Below, one piece after another: positions 11,331 to 24,289 of a stretch of 64,000 nt of DNA. The DNA lies in the NCBI RefSeq assembly GCF_011386835.1, contig NC_088801.1, positions 32,984,001 through 33,048,000 of the forward strand. The letters are read 5' to 3'. The translations under genes were made by a program, and so were the position numbers. This DNA comes from Chrysemys picta bellii. Taxonomy: Eukaryota. Numbering within the stretch: the stretch's first letter is position 1; each line of letters begins with the position of its first letter. The notes under the pieces were generated by a model that made no database searches, was not told where the DNA came from, and saw only the letters and a program-made list of their open reading frames with translations.

Positions 11331-13260
11331 TTATAGACCTAAATCTCTAAAATCTGCTAAAGTTTACTTAAATTCTGCATAGAGAGTTGAGTGATCAATC
11401 TCTGATAAGGTGCTGGCATGTGAGACTCCTGAGAAATTAGAGAATGTGTCTAATCCTGCTTCTCTTCATGGACTTCAGTGGGAACATGAGCAGGGCCCTA
11501 AGTGTTATATTATAACAATATTTAATAATTAATAATACCTTTTTTTTCCTTACTATTGTCTAACTTATTACAAACTGTTCTAGTGTCCCATTTTACAACA
11601 GTATTCAGATTAGTTACTTAACCCATTACAACAGTATTTGTTTTTAAACACACATTGATATCACTTTATTTTACAAATCACATGTATCAAGCTGACATAA
11701 TTTTAAATTATAAAAACTTGTTCTAACAAATGAAGAGCACAAAATAACTCAAGTTCACTGCCTAAGATTCACTGTAAATAAGACCTATCTCTAAAGGAAA
11801 AATAGGCACAAAACCAAGAGGAACCAAACAAATCAATTACAGTCATTACAGTGTCACTAATAGTAATGTATTTCACCAAACATGTCTGTAGCCACTTGAC
11901 ATACTCTATGTGTAATGGTGGGTCTTTTCATTGACTTCAATGGGGGTTAGATTGGGTCCTAAATCAGTATAAGATGTGGAACATACAATCTTGTATTGGA
12001 AAAAGGTTTAAAAATCTAATTGTAAATGTAATGGTTTGCATTTTAAAAGGTGCTCATCTGTTGCTTCAACGCTTACAAACACCACATCAGAGTTTTGCGT
12101 TGTAGAAACAACCCCTACTGCCAATCCCACCCCTGAGTTGGCAGCCTACCCACCTTAGGCCGGATGGCCTGACTGTTTGCTGTCTGCCCCAGCCAGAGAG
12201 CTGATATAGACTGCCAGTCGCCCTGCCCCGACCTAAGGGGCCAGGGTCCTAGACTCTTTGCTGACATTTACTGTGCTAATCCCCTATCAATTGGCTATCA
12301 GCTGCTAGGTGGCATAGCAAGGTGGAGTGGCCTCCCTCTGAGGCTGACAGGGCAGAACTACTCTAAACCACTACAATGGATAATAGTTTATTTAGAAAGG
12401 ATTCCACCACACTATCTAATATTTTCTGATTTTTGGCTTTTTATTAGTAAGGACATTCCCATAAAACTGGGATCTGTGCTTTTTATGGATTGATCTTATT
12501 TTTACTGCTTATTCTTAGCCTGAAGTCATAATCCTCTGTTGATATCACAATCATGTCCACCGCAGTGATGTCACTAAACAGAGGTTTATGGGTTCCAGTG
12601 GATAATAGAAGAACTCATGGAAACATCAAATAATAAAACAACACAGCACCATCACTACTGCTAATAATAATATGAAAATGGGAGAAATATAACCAGAACT
12701 CACCATCTGTTGTGAAGCTAGAGGCTGTTGAGTAGTTCTCCACTCTCTCCCAGCTCCTGTTAGCTGCTTTTCTGACTGGATCAGGGAGGATTGTTGAGTA
12801 GGTCTCAGTTCCTCCTCTTCCCCACAGCCACTTCCCTGACTAGAAGTGAGGGATTTTGGGGTGGCTGTCTGCTGCCCTCCTATCACTCCCCCTCTTCAGA
12901 AGTTGTCTTATCTCTGGGGCTAGGGAATTCCCTCAGTTTCTCCCACTCTTTTTGCCCCTTTGTGGGTTTCTTTTTCTATACCCTGGAACATGAACAGGGA
13001 GTACTGAATGAGGAGGAGAGGCCCACAAAGCCAGGCAGCAGGCCTAGAAAGAGCAGGTCTCCGCATCCTACCCCCATTGAGGGACCTTGTGCTGCTTGCC
13101 ACAGTGGGAGAAGAGGGGAGCTTAGGCACAGAGAGGACTGGGAAAGAGGCAGGACACAAACCAAAGACTGGCAACCACAACTCCTGATTGGAATGAGAAT
13201 TGGGAATGGGATTTTCATGCCAGCACACCCCACTAGTATTCTTGTACGTCGAGCTTTTAG

Positions 13261-13567
13261 CAGTGTTTACAACTTTCATGATTTTATTGAGAATCTCACA
13301 ACACTGATTTGTTCTTAAAGCCCCTGCTCCTGGAGTGATGGGATTACATGAGTAACTCAGCTTTCATTTTTTTCAAAAGTAAGTTTTTGGCCGCATATTT
13401 GCAGAGAAAAGCTTTAAAACATGAATCTAAAGGCTCAAAACCCAGAAAGCAAAGAGCCCCATAAATTTCATTATTTTTAAAATCCCATGACTTTTAAATT
13501 AATTTCATGATTTTGGGGACCTGACTCATTATACTATTATATTATATTGCTTGGTTTGGCAATACTG
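13261..13567. mobile_element. Old hAT-like MITE (CAGTGTT..CAAC / TTGGCAATACTG termini)
   Basis: Imperfect inverted termini and repeated TCATGATTTT subterminal motifs; no TSD recognisable. Confidence 0.55.
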
Positions 13568-14393
13568 TCTCAGGTTTACTTACAGAAACAGATTCTTTTG
13601 AACTCTATTACAATTCCAGAACTGATAATAAGAATAAGCAATAGTATGTGGCGCTTTCAACACATAGTATCTTTCACCCAATGATCCCAAAGAAACATTA
13701 ATGTATTAAGCTTCATAACTCCTGTGAGACAGGCAAATATTAAACTCCTAAAAATGAGTATACAGAGCTACAGGATGTTATATGACTAGCTCTAGGCCAC
13801 ACAGAGTTCATAACATAGATTCTGGGGGATTCTGGCATTCCTCTTCTTGACATACATCTTTATTCTTGTTTTTTAGGACCCTGAGCCTATTTCTGCATCA
13901 CATCACTGCTCTCTCTGAAAGGAGGAATAGGTCACCTGCAATATTTTGCTTTTGAGAAGTAAAGGGAAATAGGCCACCAATGGCCTCTGCATAAGATCCC
14001 GTCATCTTGAAATGGCGGGAAAATGGGCTTTGTTGTGCAGGATCAGTTTTGCATACAAATCAGTAGCAAGAGATGTTTCTTACAGAGGCTGTCAAATTTT
14101 TGCTTTCTTTAGATAAAATTTAGCCCTGTGCAGTGCATGCACCATCCTCTGTTAATCTCTTTTTAAAATGTATTTAATATAAACTTAAAATAACAATATT
14201 TCATGTGTGAATAAGATAACTTTTTGTTTTCCTTTCATTTCAGAATTCAGGGTTTCAGTAATGTTGACACGTACTGCTACTTTTATTTAGCAGAAATTAC
14301 TCCTTACAGAATTTGGAAAAACACTGGTATGGAAAGGAGTCCTTAGATACCATCACAAATAAGTAGCTCTTCTGAGAGCATTTCAAAGGCTTG

Positions 14394-14689
14394 GGCTATG
14401 TCTACACTAGAGAGCTTATAGTGGCACAGCTGTACTGATGCAGCTGCGCCGCTGTAAGATCTTTCATGTAGCCGCTCTATGCTGATGGGAAATAGCTCTG
14501 CTGTTGACATAATTAAACCACCCCCAACGAGTGGTGGTAGCTATGTCGGCGGAAGAAGCGCTCCTGCCGACATAGCGCTGTGCACATTGCCACTTATGCT
14601 GGCAAAATTTATGTTGCTCAGGGCTGTGTCATTTCACACCTCTGAGTGACATAAGTTTTGCCGACATAAGTGGTAGTGTAGACATGGCC
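14394..14689. mobile_element. PIF/Harbinger MITE
   Basis: TIRs GGCTATGTCTACACTA / TAGTGTAGACATGGCC; flanks TTG/TTA; same family as 31137-31363. Confidence 0.85.
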
Positions 14690-15259
14690 TTATATTATAT
14701 TATATGATAGAGGAGAGACAATGAGATTTATATACATACTCTTCATGCACCATTGCGAAAATATTGCCCCAATGGGTCCTTAGATCTAAACCTACAGTTT
14801 TTGTATTACAGCATTTTGTTTTTATGTACCCATGTATAAGATGTATGCTGCAGTGACATATATTTAGCTCATCTGATAGGAAACATTACCATTACTCATG
14901 ATTTTGCTACTCCTTAATTGTTCTTCTCATTAGTAGGTTAAAGTATGCCTGATCACTTCTGAGTGAATAATGCTATTCTATTACAATATTAATTAAATGG
15001 AGGGGGAAAAACAATTAGAAAGCTTCTTACGCATGCCTGGGTAATGCAACTATAGTTAAATATTTCTCAGCTCTTCAGTTTACCAACCAAGAGGTTTATA
15101 CCTTGATAGTTTACATTTGCGTACAAATCTTAGCCTAGATTTAAATAGTTTTCTCAGAGTTTTAACTGTGACAATCCCTTTCTCCAAAATCATAATTTTT
15201 AATGCTTTTATTATATTTCCCTTAATTTTGAACAATTAAATTTGTCAGGCAGTTGGTCT

Positions 15260-15410
15260 ATCATAGAAGCTAGAAATGGAAAAGCCCTGTGAGGTCATCC
15301 AGTCCATCCCTCTCCCAGTGCAGAATAGTTCCCCATCGTATATTCTACATTACTTTGTGAAAGGCTAGCTTTAAAATTTAAGTGGTGAGGCTTCCATCAA
15401 TTTTCTTGGA
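15260..15410 (-). mobile_element. Old CR1 3' fragment
   Basis: TCATAGAAG..GAGGTCATCCAGTCCATCCC, a degraded reverse CR1 tail. Confidence 0.55.
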
Positions 15411-15566
15411 AGTCTAGATCTCCAATCTAAAATCTAATCTAGGCCCTATTGCTTTAAAGCAGATTAATTTTTCAGTTTGAAAAGCAGCTACTGTGTAAGC
15501 AGCCTGACTTAAACTGTAAAAAGCAAGGAAATTCTGAATCCATAATTCACCTTCCACCCTCTGACC

Positions 15567-15752
15567 CCACCAACCGCCATATTAGTGTGCTCCCACCAAA
15601 ATACCAGCTTGTGTTTACAGTTTCATTTCTCCTGATGGCGTATGGGCGCGTGCACATGAGCACTCGCTCTACGTGCACTCAAAAGGTTCATGATCTGGAG
15701 AGCTGAAAATATAAACACAAGCTGGTATTATGGTGTGACTAGCGGTTTGTGG
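15567..15752. repeat. Long imperfect inverted repeat (hairpin), unassigned
   Basis: Perfect 18-bp arms AATACCAGCTTGTGTTTA (15600-15617) / TAAACACAAGCTGGTATT (15712-15729), with imperfect extension outward and inward. Confidence 0.85.
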
Positions 15753-17545
15753 TTCTTTGTTTGAATACTTCAAAAATGGGCACACTGGCCAGAACAAAAG
15801 GCAAAAAACAGTGCTGCTGCTGTCAGCATGGAACTTTAGTGGGTCCTGTAATTCCCACATACATACTTCAGGTAGATCTAAAGTCACCCTACCCAATTGA
15901 GACCTGCCCTTCAACCATTTAGTTTTACTTAGTTCACTTTAATGCAAGTTTTGTTTTCAAGTATAGAACATGAATATTTTGCTTTTTGTTTCATGTTTGC
16001 AAGCACCATGCTCATCTAGGCCCACATCCGGCAATCACTTAAGCAGAAGAATAATAAGGCTATTGGGACCTTACTCGTGTGAATACGATTGTTCATGTGT
16101 TTAAGGGTTTGCAGGATTAGACCACTAGTGAGAATTAATTGTCTTCATAACACATATCTAACCTATTGTTCCATGGAACTGGCTCTTCTGCTTGTTTTGG
16201 ATTCTCTTTTATGTTCTCTTGAATCAACTCCTGCCCACTGAGCAGAGGTCCAAAGTGGCAGGAGCCTGCCTATGGGGATACAATTGAATGATTGTGAAAT
16301 TAAACTGGTGCATGTTTTAGACCAAGTTTTTCCTCTCTATTTTTTTACTGGAGATGGCTCCACTTTTCTGAACACTGTTGGAGAAAAAAAGTAAAAGAAT
16401 TAAATTGAAATACAGTGTTCTATGTGCAGGATCACATCAGGTTATGTTGTCATATTACATATAGGAAACAAACTTTTTTTCACAAGCAGGCCTACTGCTG
16501 AAATCCAATAACAGTCTTCAAAGTAAAAGTGAGCATTATCATTTGTCAAATCAAGTTGTTGTTTTTTAAACAGAAGTTACGACTTGGTTCTACCACCTAC
16601 TGAAGCTCCAGTCTCCCCATAAAACTTAATTTAGGCAATAGTTGCCTTTAGAATCTAAAGAAACATCTGACAAAAACAAAGTGATCTTCTCAAAGCAGTA
16701 ACAACCCCAGCTAATCTAAAGGTATTAACACAACCACTTGACATATTCAAGAGATATGGAGAGCTCTACGGTAAGAATTGTCGTTAATAGTAGAAAACAG
16801 TTGTGCTATAATTATTGTAATAACCCCCTGATCATGAAAAGAGCAGGTGGTTTACAAATATTATCAGTCACTTTTGATTGAAGGGAATCCATCCTACAAA
16901 TAGAAGGACATTTTTTTCTTAAAACATTGAATATCTTACACAAAAAATATATCACACAATAACAACATTCTCTCTTTCAGGTCAAAAACTTTCCTTATGT
17001 ATTTGAGACACGTTTGATCACTTTATACAAACTGCACAACTGCAACTGCCATCATAAGGTAGAACATCTTGCTTCTTTTTAATACATTATTCTATATAAG
17101 AATCCTCACAAAGACAGCTTGTGAGCATTTCACAAATTATAATAATGGAACCACCTACATGTATATCAGTGCTGACAGATCTGGATCATCTTATTTTCAC
17201 CTGCAGTAAGTTCACTCAGCTGAAAACTAAATTATACAATGAACAGCTTTGTTGTAGGAATATGCATGGCCTTATTTTCCACCACCATTTTCAGAACAAA
17301 TGCATGCAACTTGCACAGATATTTAATATCAATAAATGGTAATGATCTTTTAACTGTAAAGAGCTTTTCATCCAGATGGATTCCAAAGAGCAGAGCTTTA
17401 TATGCTTTGCAAACTCTATTAATAATACAGATTATATGGGATCATTTTGACTACCATTGAAGTGCAACTAACTGTTCAACAGCCACTCTACACAGTAGTT
17501 TAGCACAAGAGAAGGAGAAGTATATTGTATTCCATTCAAACTACC

Positions 17546-17618
17546 GACCTGATTCTTCTCCCATTGAAATTAGTGGCAAAAAACTCCCATTGACTTCTAT
17601 GGTGCAAAATCTGGACCT
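17546..17618. mobile_element. Short palindromic repeat with CCCATTGA(A/C)TT core; related degraded copies near 1087-1150, 11450-11500, 11915-11960 and 33504-33591
   Basis: Fold-back G.CC.GAT...ATC.GG.CC structure recurring across the window; family name not assigned. Confidence 0.55.
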
Positions 17619-17621
17619 AGA

Positions 17622-17815
17622 TGGGGAACATAGGTAGACAGAATTTGGCCAAGATACTGGGACTAGCACTCCTACTTTTAGAGAGTTGTAGGAACTTTGA
17701 TGACCATGTCAAATCAGAACCTCTGTTTTAATGTCTTACCTTAAAGACAAACATATTGGGCAATTGGTTCTGTGCAAAAGAAAAAGGGCTATCTACTGAT
17801 GCAGCAGTGTCACTC
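17622..17815 (-). mobile_element. AmnSINE1 (Deu-domain SINE) fragment
   Basis: GAATTTGGCCAAGATACTGGG..TTTGATGACCA..CAGAACCTCTGTTTTAATGTCTTACC..AAAGAC matches the reverse complement of the AmnSINE1 central domain as I recall it. Confidence 0.7.
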
Positions 17816-18715
17816 TGGAACTCTTGGGCTTATTCACTTAAAGTACCAGTTTGCACAAACTCCTTTGTGCATTTTGGCAAGATCACAATTTATTATGGGA
17901 TGGCTTCAAGTTTATAAAAAGAAGCTATAATGCCCATTCTTCCTTACAATGAAAGGACAATACCACCTATGCCATTAATTTGCTCTTGAAGACTTGTCTT
18001 GGCCATAAACAGGAAGATAATTAATGTATACACAAGGACAGATTAAATACATTTGTATGCAATACCAGTGCTGATAATGCCTTCCCTTTTTTTCTAGCAT
18101 CAATCAATGTAAAAACAAATTAAAAACAGCATTCTTCAATGAACCTTTTGAATACTCTTGTACCTAGTGGGATCCTTAGCATTCATACAAAGAACTGCTT
18201 GTTACACTGGTTAAAATGCCAGAGACTTCCAAACATGAGAATTTCTGCATGCCTAACATCAAATAGAGCAACTTCTTTACCCTTATTTCTTCATTCAAAA
18301 TACATAAAGATTGCCTGGTCTCTTGGCCAAATAAAAGACGACTTCTTATTCAGATTTTCTTCTCATGGTGTAGCAATTCACAAAGGTAAAGTCAAAGAAC
18401 AAATTATACATATACATTATTATTCTAACAAAGTATAAATAAGTAAAAACCTATTCTACTTCATTTTCAAAAGTAATATTACATCTGAAGTATTATCTTA
18501 ACTAATTTGAAAGTAGCCATGGAAGTATCAAAGCTAGGTAAACTCTTCAGTAGAAAAAAGTGTGAATAAAATGTAACAAATGATCCTCAAATGAATATAA
18601 AGGAGGAATTGAAATAAATGATATATGAAAAGGTCTAAATAGTGTCAAGTTTACTATGTAGATAAACAGCCGATACATTAGAAATCTAAATTTTATCCAA
18701 GGAACATTCAAAATA

Positions 18716-18904
18716 CACCTCTACCCCGATATAACGCGACCTGATATAACATGAATTCAGATATAACGCGGTAAAGCAGCGCTCCGGTGGGGGTGGGGCT
18801 GTGTGCTCTGGCGGATTAAAGCAAGTTCGATATAACGTGGTTTCACCTATAACACAGTAAGATTTTTTGGCTCCCGGGAACAGCATTATATTGGGGTAGA
18901 GGTG
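18716..18904. mobile_element. Tc1/mariner (Tigger-like) MITE
   Basis: TIRs CACCTCTACCCCGATATAA / TTATATTGGGGTAGAGGTG; TA TSD; internal GATATAAC repeats; second copy at 52320-52507. Confidence 0.9.
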
Positions 18905-20624
18905 TAATCAGAATACTATGTCTATATCAAATAGTAAGCAATGTGTTCTGTGTTGCAAGACAAAAATTATATAGTTTTATATTTTCAAAGAGGCTTCAAT
19001 CTTACTTCTAAAATTGGTCCTACTATCTTTCAAGGCAGTTTTTGTGTGTATAAGGCAATAATTCTTGAGTCATGTAGTGCAAAAGGAAGAAGTATAGATG
19101 CAAGTTGGCTACCATTTGAATTTTTCTCCAGATGTAGCACCCTGGTTACTTTTACTAAATAACTTTTACTAAAGTACAAAATTTTACTAAAGTAGAAAAC
19201 TTGATTTCTTAGGCATTGTGGTCTAGATTATTTCTTGTGTAAAACTTATTCTACAATTCACTGTATTTCACAAAGCCAAACGAAACCACATAGCTAGTTT
19301 ACTGAACACTCATTTGTATAATATTATTTTCATATTGCTACCACTGCAAAAACATAGATCCATTACTGAGTGCAAATAAATTAAATGGGTGCAGCTGAGT
19401 ACAGAATTTGACCTTTAAAAAGATTCCTAAAGTTTTCATGTTTTTACAGAAACAGCCATAATAGAAGCAATTTTGCTGAGTAGATAATGAATTCAGAAAG
19501 TGAACATTTGACCTGGATTAGCATCTTAAATTACCGGAAAGATGAGGTAAGGAGGTAAGGTGAGCAAGTAGTTCTACGTCAGCACATTTACAGTTAACAA
19601 TAATGTTCTTTACAACCAGGCATTAAGAATCATAAGCATCTGTAGCAACAAAGAAACATGCAACAACGGACTGCAGAACTGGAGATTTATTTGGTTAGGG
19701 ACTACCTGCAATTGGTCAAGACAATAATTAGAAAATATTGAATACAAAATATAATTGTTAGGCAAGGTTAGCAATCTTGGTCACACATAATTTTCAAATA
19801 AATTGTAAATATGGAAAATAATCTACTACTGTATTCAAGTCTCGTGGACAAGAAGGCTGCACAAGATTTTTTTTTCCAATTAATAAATATATAACAAAAT
19901 GCAAATGGCCAAGGAAGTATATTAGCTTAGTAGGATAAGTGATGATAAAAAGGATATTTTTAAAAAGGCTGAAGTTTAAAAAAAAAAAAAAAGAAAGAAA
20001 AAGAAAAGGAAGATTGTTATGGAAAATTTAACATACTAATTACATACCCAGTAAAATCGACAGAGTACAAATAGAAGCTTAACTCTATGGGGACCATTAT
20101 TCAATATTCAGACTAAGTGCATTCACCTGCAAAAACACAAGCTACCTGTCCAATTTTTTTGAATATTAACATTTGATAGTTTGCTTTGTTAAATGTGTAA
20201 TCTGAGATGTCACTCAATTTAATAATTACGAGAATTTACATGTCATGGAATAGTGTAAAGACACTCTTTTATATGGCAGCACCTTGTTAAATAGAGAGAT
20301 TTGATGATTAAATTACTGCATAATTTCTCCAAACAAAAGCTCACTGTTGTCATGATTATTGTTTTGTCTCTGATATACATATGGCAATATTTTGTAAACC
20401 TGTTAAAACTTACTATACAATTTCTTTAAATGGGGCAAGAGTATAGGGAAGTTTTTAAAGATATAAACATAAATGAATACAAGGTCACTGAAAAAGAGAA
20501 GAGTGATGCTACAAGGCTCTGATGGCCTAAGGCAGCCCCTAGTGAGTATACTCATGGAAAGAAAGAGATCCTGGCAATGAACAACTAAGTAGTTCTGGTT
20601 CTATACTACCCAGCCTCTTTGGTT

Positions 20625-21277
20625 TTCATAGATTTTTAAGGCCAGAAGGGACCACTATGACCAGCTACTCTGACCTCCTGCATAACGCAGGCCACAAGAC
20701 TACCCTGAATAAATCCTTGATTCGAGTCCAATAGCTGTGCTAGAACTAGAGCATATCTTTTAGCAAAACATTGATTTTAAAATTTCCAGTGATGGAGAAT
20801 CCACTACAATCCTTGATAATTTGTTCTAATGATTAATTACCCTCACTTTTAAAAATGTGCACCTTGTTTCAAGTCTGAATTTATCTAGCTTCAACTTCCA
20901 GCCCTGGGTTTTTGTAAATTTTTTGCCGCCTATCAAATTTCTGTTCCCCAAGCAGGTACTTATAGACTGTGATCAAATCATCCCTTAGCCTTCTCTTTGC
21001 TATGCTGAATAGATTGAGTTCCTCAAATCTATCACTATAAAGCATGTTATCCAATTCTTTAATCAATCCTATGGTTCTTCAGTGAACCCTCTCCAATTTG
21101 TCAACAGCCTTTTTGAAGTGGGAACACCAGAACCTGACACAGTATTTCAGTAGCAGACACATTCAGTGACTAGAATATAGAAGTAATCGAATTTCTCTAT
21201 TCCTACTCAGTATTCCCCTGTTTGCACATCCAAGGATTACAGTTTAGCCCTTTTGGCCACAGAATTGCACCAGGAGC
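20625..21277 (-). mobile_element. Older CR1 LINE 3' part
   Basis: Reverse CR1 tail plus minus-strand ORF fragment LEELNLFSIAKRRLRDDLITVYKYL. Confidence 0.8.
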
Positions 21278-21478
21278 TCATAGACTCATAGAAATGTAGG
21301 ACTGGAAGGGACCTCGAGAAGTCAGGAAGTGCAGTGCCTTGCACTGAGGCAGGAATAGGTAAACCTAAACCATCGCTGACAGGGGGTTGTCCAACCTGCT
21401 TGTAAAAACCTCCAGTGATGGGGATTCCACAAACTCTCTTGGAAGCCTGTTTTAGTACTTAACTGCCATGATAGTGAG
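21278..21478 (-). mobile_element. CR1 3' fragment (second subfamily)
   Basis: TCATAGACTCATAGAAATGTAGGACTGGAAGGGACCTC..., similar to 8603-8780. Confidence 0.8.
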
Positions 21479-22829
21479 ACGTTGAGTTACAGCAGATCTA
21501 CCAACTTGTCATGGGTGCCTGCCCCTTTAATCTTTATCCATTTTTCTCAAATAATCTACCATTTTATGCATATATTACCAATGATTTAATTTATCAACTG
21601 TCTTGAGGTTTCTGAATTTGAGACAATGTGACTGATGTAATTTGAAACCATGTTAACAGAGAGGAGATCCTTTAAAATATCATACCTCATAGCTTTATTT
21701 ACATCCATATTAAACACTTGCAAAGATCTGTCAGAGTGTCTGGAGAGCAAAACAGTCATTCTTCAGTCATCAGGATATTATGTATGCTACAGATTATTTC
21801 AAAGGTGGTTAAGTATTCATTCATGGAAATCCCAATTCCTCTGTTCCCAAAGGAACAGTATACCACAATTTATTAGTTTTACCTTAGACCTCCAGTCCTG
21901 TAATATGCACAACACTTGAGTTCAATTATAAAACTCTGGTGATAAGTGTCTCCAACCCCTTGTCTGGAGGTGTTTGTCTTAAGACATACTACCTTTGAGT
22001 GACCGATTTTTAGCTACATACCTAGAGAACCTGATTTTTCATGTATGTGTATGTGTGTATATGTTTATTTAACTCCCCACACGTTCTCCATACATACATC
22101 TCACAATGGTTATGATGACCAATGTGATACAGGCTTTCATTAGAGACCTCACCTGTACTTCTATATTCCACAGTGTCCTCTGCCAGTTGGCATCCAGAGG
22201 TTCTTCGGTAATAGTTAGAAAATTGTCATTTATAATTTTTAGAAATTCCAAGGATATTTTACTACTGGCAGCATGAGATCTTCAGTATTTGTCACACGAT
22301 TGAAACTCTCCATGATAACACAGCTTTTTTCTCTACACATTATGGTTAGGTGTTTGAGGAGTTGGTGATCCTGTTCTCTATATACTTTATAATCTATAGC
22401 ATACACCAACTAGTACCCCATATCATACTTTATCTTTTAGAAGTTAATCCATAAGCAATTAAGGGTATGTCTACACTACAAAATTAGGTCGAATTTATAG
22501 AAGTCAATTTTTTAGGAAACGATTTTATACAGTTGATTGTGTGCGTCCACAGTACCAAGGCTAGCGTCGACTTTCAGAGCGTTGCACTGTGGGTAGCTAT
22601 CCCACAGTTCCCGCAGTCTCTGCCACCCATTGGAATTCTGGATTGAGCCCCCACTGCCTGATGGGGCAAAAATATTGTCGCAGGTGGTTTTCGGTACATG
22701 TCGTCAGTCGCCCCTCCCTCCGTGAGAGCAACGGCAGACAATCGTTTCGTGCCTTTTTTTCCACGCAGATGTCATACCACGGCAAGCGTGCAGCCTGCTC
22801 AGCTCAGCCGCCACTGTTGTGTCCCGGGT

Positions 22830-23036
22830 GCTGCTGGCAGCAGATGGTGCAGTAGGGCTGCAAACTATCGTCACGCTTCCGCTGTCACTCTGCTCTCCTG
22901 CTCTGGCAGCAGACGGTGCAATAGGGCTGCAAACCATCGTCATGCTTCCACTACCACTCTGCTCTCCTGCTCTGGCAGCAGACGGTAAAGTAGGGCTGCA
23001 AACCATCATCACGCTTCCGTTGCCACTCTGCTCTCC
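22830..23036. repeat. 69-bp tandem repeat, about 3 copies, inside the Harbinger
   Basis: Unit TGCTCTGGCAGCAGACGGTGCAATAGGGCTGCAAACCATCGTC...CTCTGCTCTCC; reads as 23-aa repeats in several frames. Confidence 0.9.
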
Positions 23037-23097
23037 TGCTCTCCTGCAGACGCCATACCATGGCAAACATGGAGCCCGGTCAGATCACCAAGGCACC

Positions 23098-23490
23098 ACT
23101 ACATAAACCAAAAGGGGTACTTTTCAATGGTGCTGCAAGCACTCGCGGCTCACAAGGGATGTTTCACCAACATCAATGTGGGATGGCCGGGAAAGGTACA
23201 TGACACTCGCATCTTCAGGAACTCTGGTCTGTCTGAACGGCTGCAGCAAGGAACTTACTTTCCAGACCAGAAAATAACCATTGGGGATGTTGAAATGCCC
23301 ATAGTTATCCTCAGGGACACAGCCTACCCCTTAATGCCATGGCTCATTAAGCAATACACAGGCACCCTGGACAGTAGTCAGGAGCTGTTCAACTATAGGC
23401 TGAGCAAGTGAAGAATGGTAGTAGAATGTGCATTTGGACATTTAAAAGCGCGCTGGCGCAGTTTACTGACTCGGTTAGACCTCAGCGAAA
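23098..23490 (+). pseudogene. Harbinger (HARBI1-like) DDE transposase fragment
   Basis: YINQKGYFSMVLQAL..HKGCFTNINVGWPGKVHDTRIFRNSGL..D.AYPLMPWL..FNYRLSK*RMVVECAFGHLKARWR; premature TGA at 23409-23411; N-terminal half deleted. Confidence 0.9.
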
Positions 23491-24289
23491 CCATGCCTCA
23501 GCAAAACCAGTATTCCCATTGTTATTACTGCATCAGAGAAGCTTTGAAAACCAGTTTCATGACTGGCCAGGCTACAGTGTGAAAGTTCTGTTTGTTTCTC
23601 CTTGATGAAAACCCGCCCCCTTGGTTCACTCTACTTCCCTGTAAGCCAACCGCCCTCCCCTCCCCACTTCGATCACTGCTTGCAGAGGCAATAAAGTCAT
23701 TGTTGTTTCAAATTCATGCATTCTTTATTAATTAGTCACAGAAATAGGGGGATAACTGCCAAGGTAGCCCAGGATGGGTGGTGGAGGAGGGAAGGACAAG
23801 GCCACACTGCACTTCAAAACTTATTGACTGCCAGCCTTCTGTTGCTTGGGCAGTCCTCTGGGGTGGAGTGGTTGGGCGCCCGGAGTTCTTGGGCGTCTGG
23901 GTGAGGAGGCTATGGAACTTGGGGAGGAGGGCGATTGGTTACACAGGGGCTGCAGCAGCGCTCTGTGCTCCTGTTGCCTTTCCTGCACCTCAACCATACA
24001 CCGGAGCATATCAGTTTGATCCTCCAGTAGTCTCAGCATTGCATCCTGCCTCCTCTCATCACACTGCTGCCACTGCTCCTCTTGCTCCAGCCATCTATCC
24101 TTTCGCGCATCCCTCCTGTCCTTGCATTCATTTTGTGCTTTCTTGGACTCTGACATTGTCTGCCTCTACACATTCTGCTGGGCTCTTTCAGTGCGGGAGG
24201 ACTGCATCAGCTCAGAGAACATTTCATCGCAAGTGCGGTTTTTTTTGCCTCCTTATCTGTGCTAGCCTCTGGGACGGAGATGATAGGGG

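Larger units (their letters stand above)
22463..24288 (+). mobile_element. PIF/Harbinger transposon remnant (left TIR, DDE nuclease, convergent second ORF), right end missing
   Basis: TAA followed by GGGTATGTCTACACTAC; DDE_Tnp_4-type relics on +; coiled-coil second-ORF relic on - (23821-24156). Confidence 0.9.

Noticed and set aside
12791-13318. 175-aa + strand ORF
   Set aside because: No recognisable domain or splice context, and it runs into a MITE at 13261.
22830-23036. CRISPR-like repeat array
   Set aside because: The units are contiguous with no unique spacers, the DNA is eukaryotic and there are no cas genes; it is a minisatellite.
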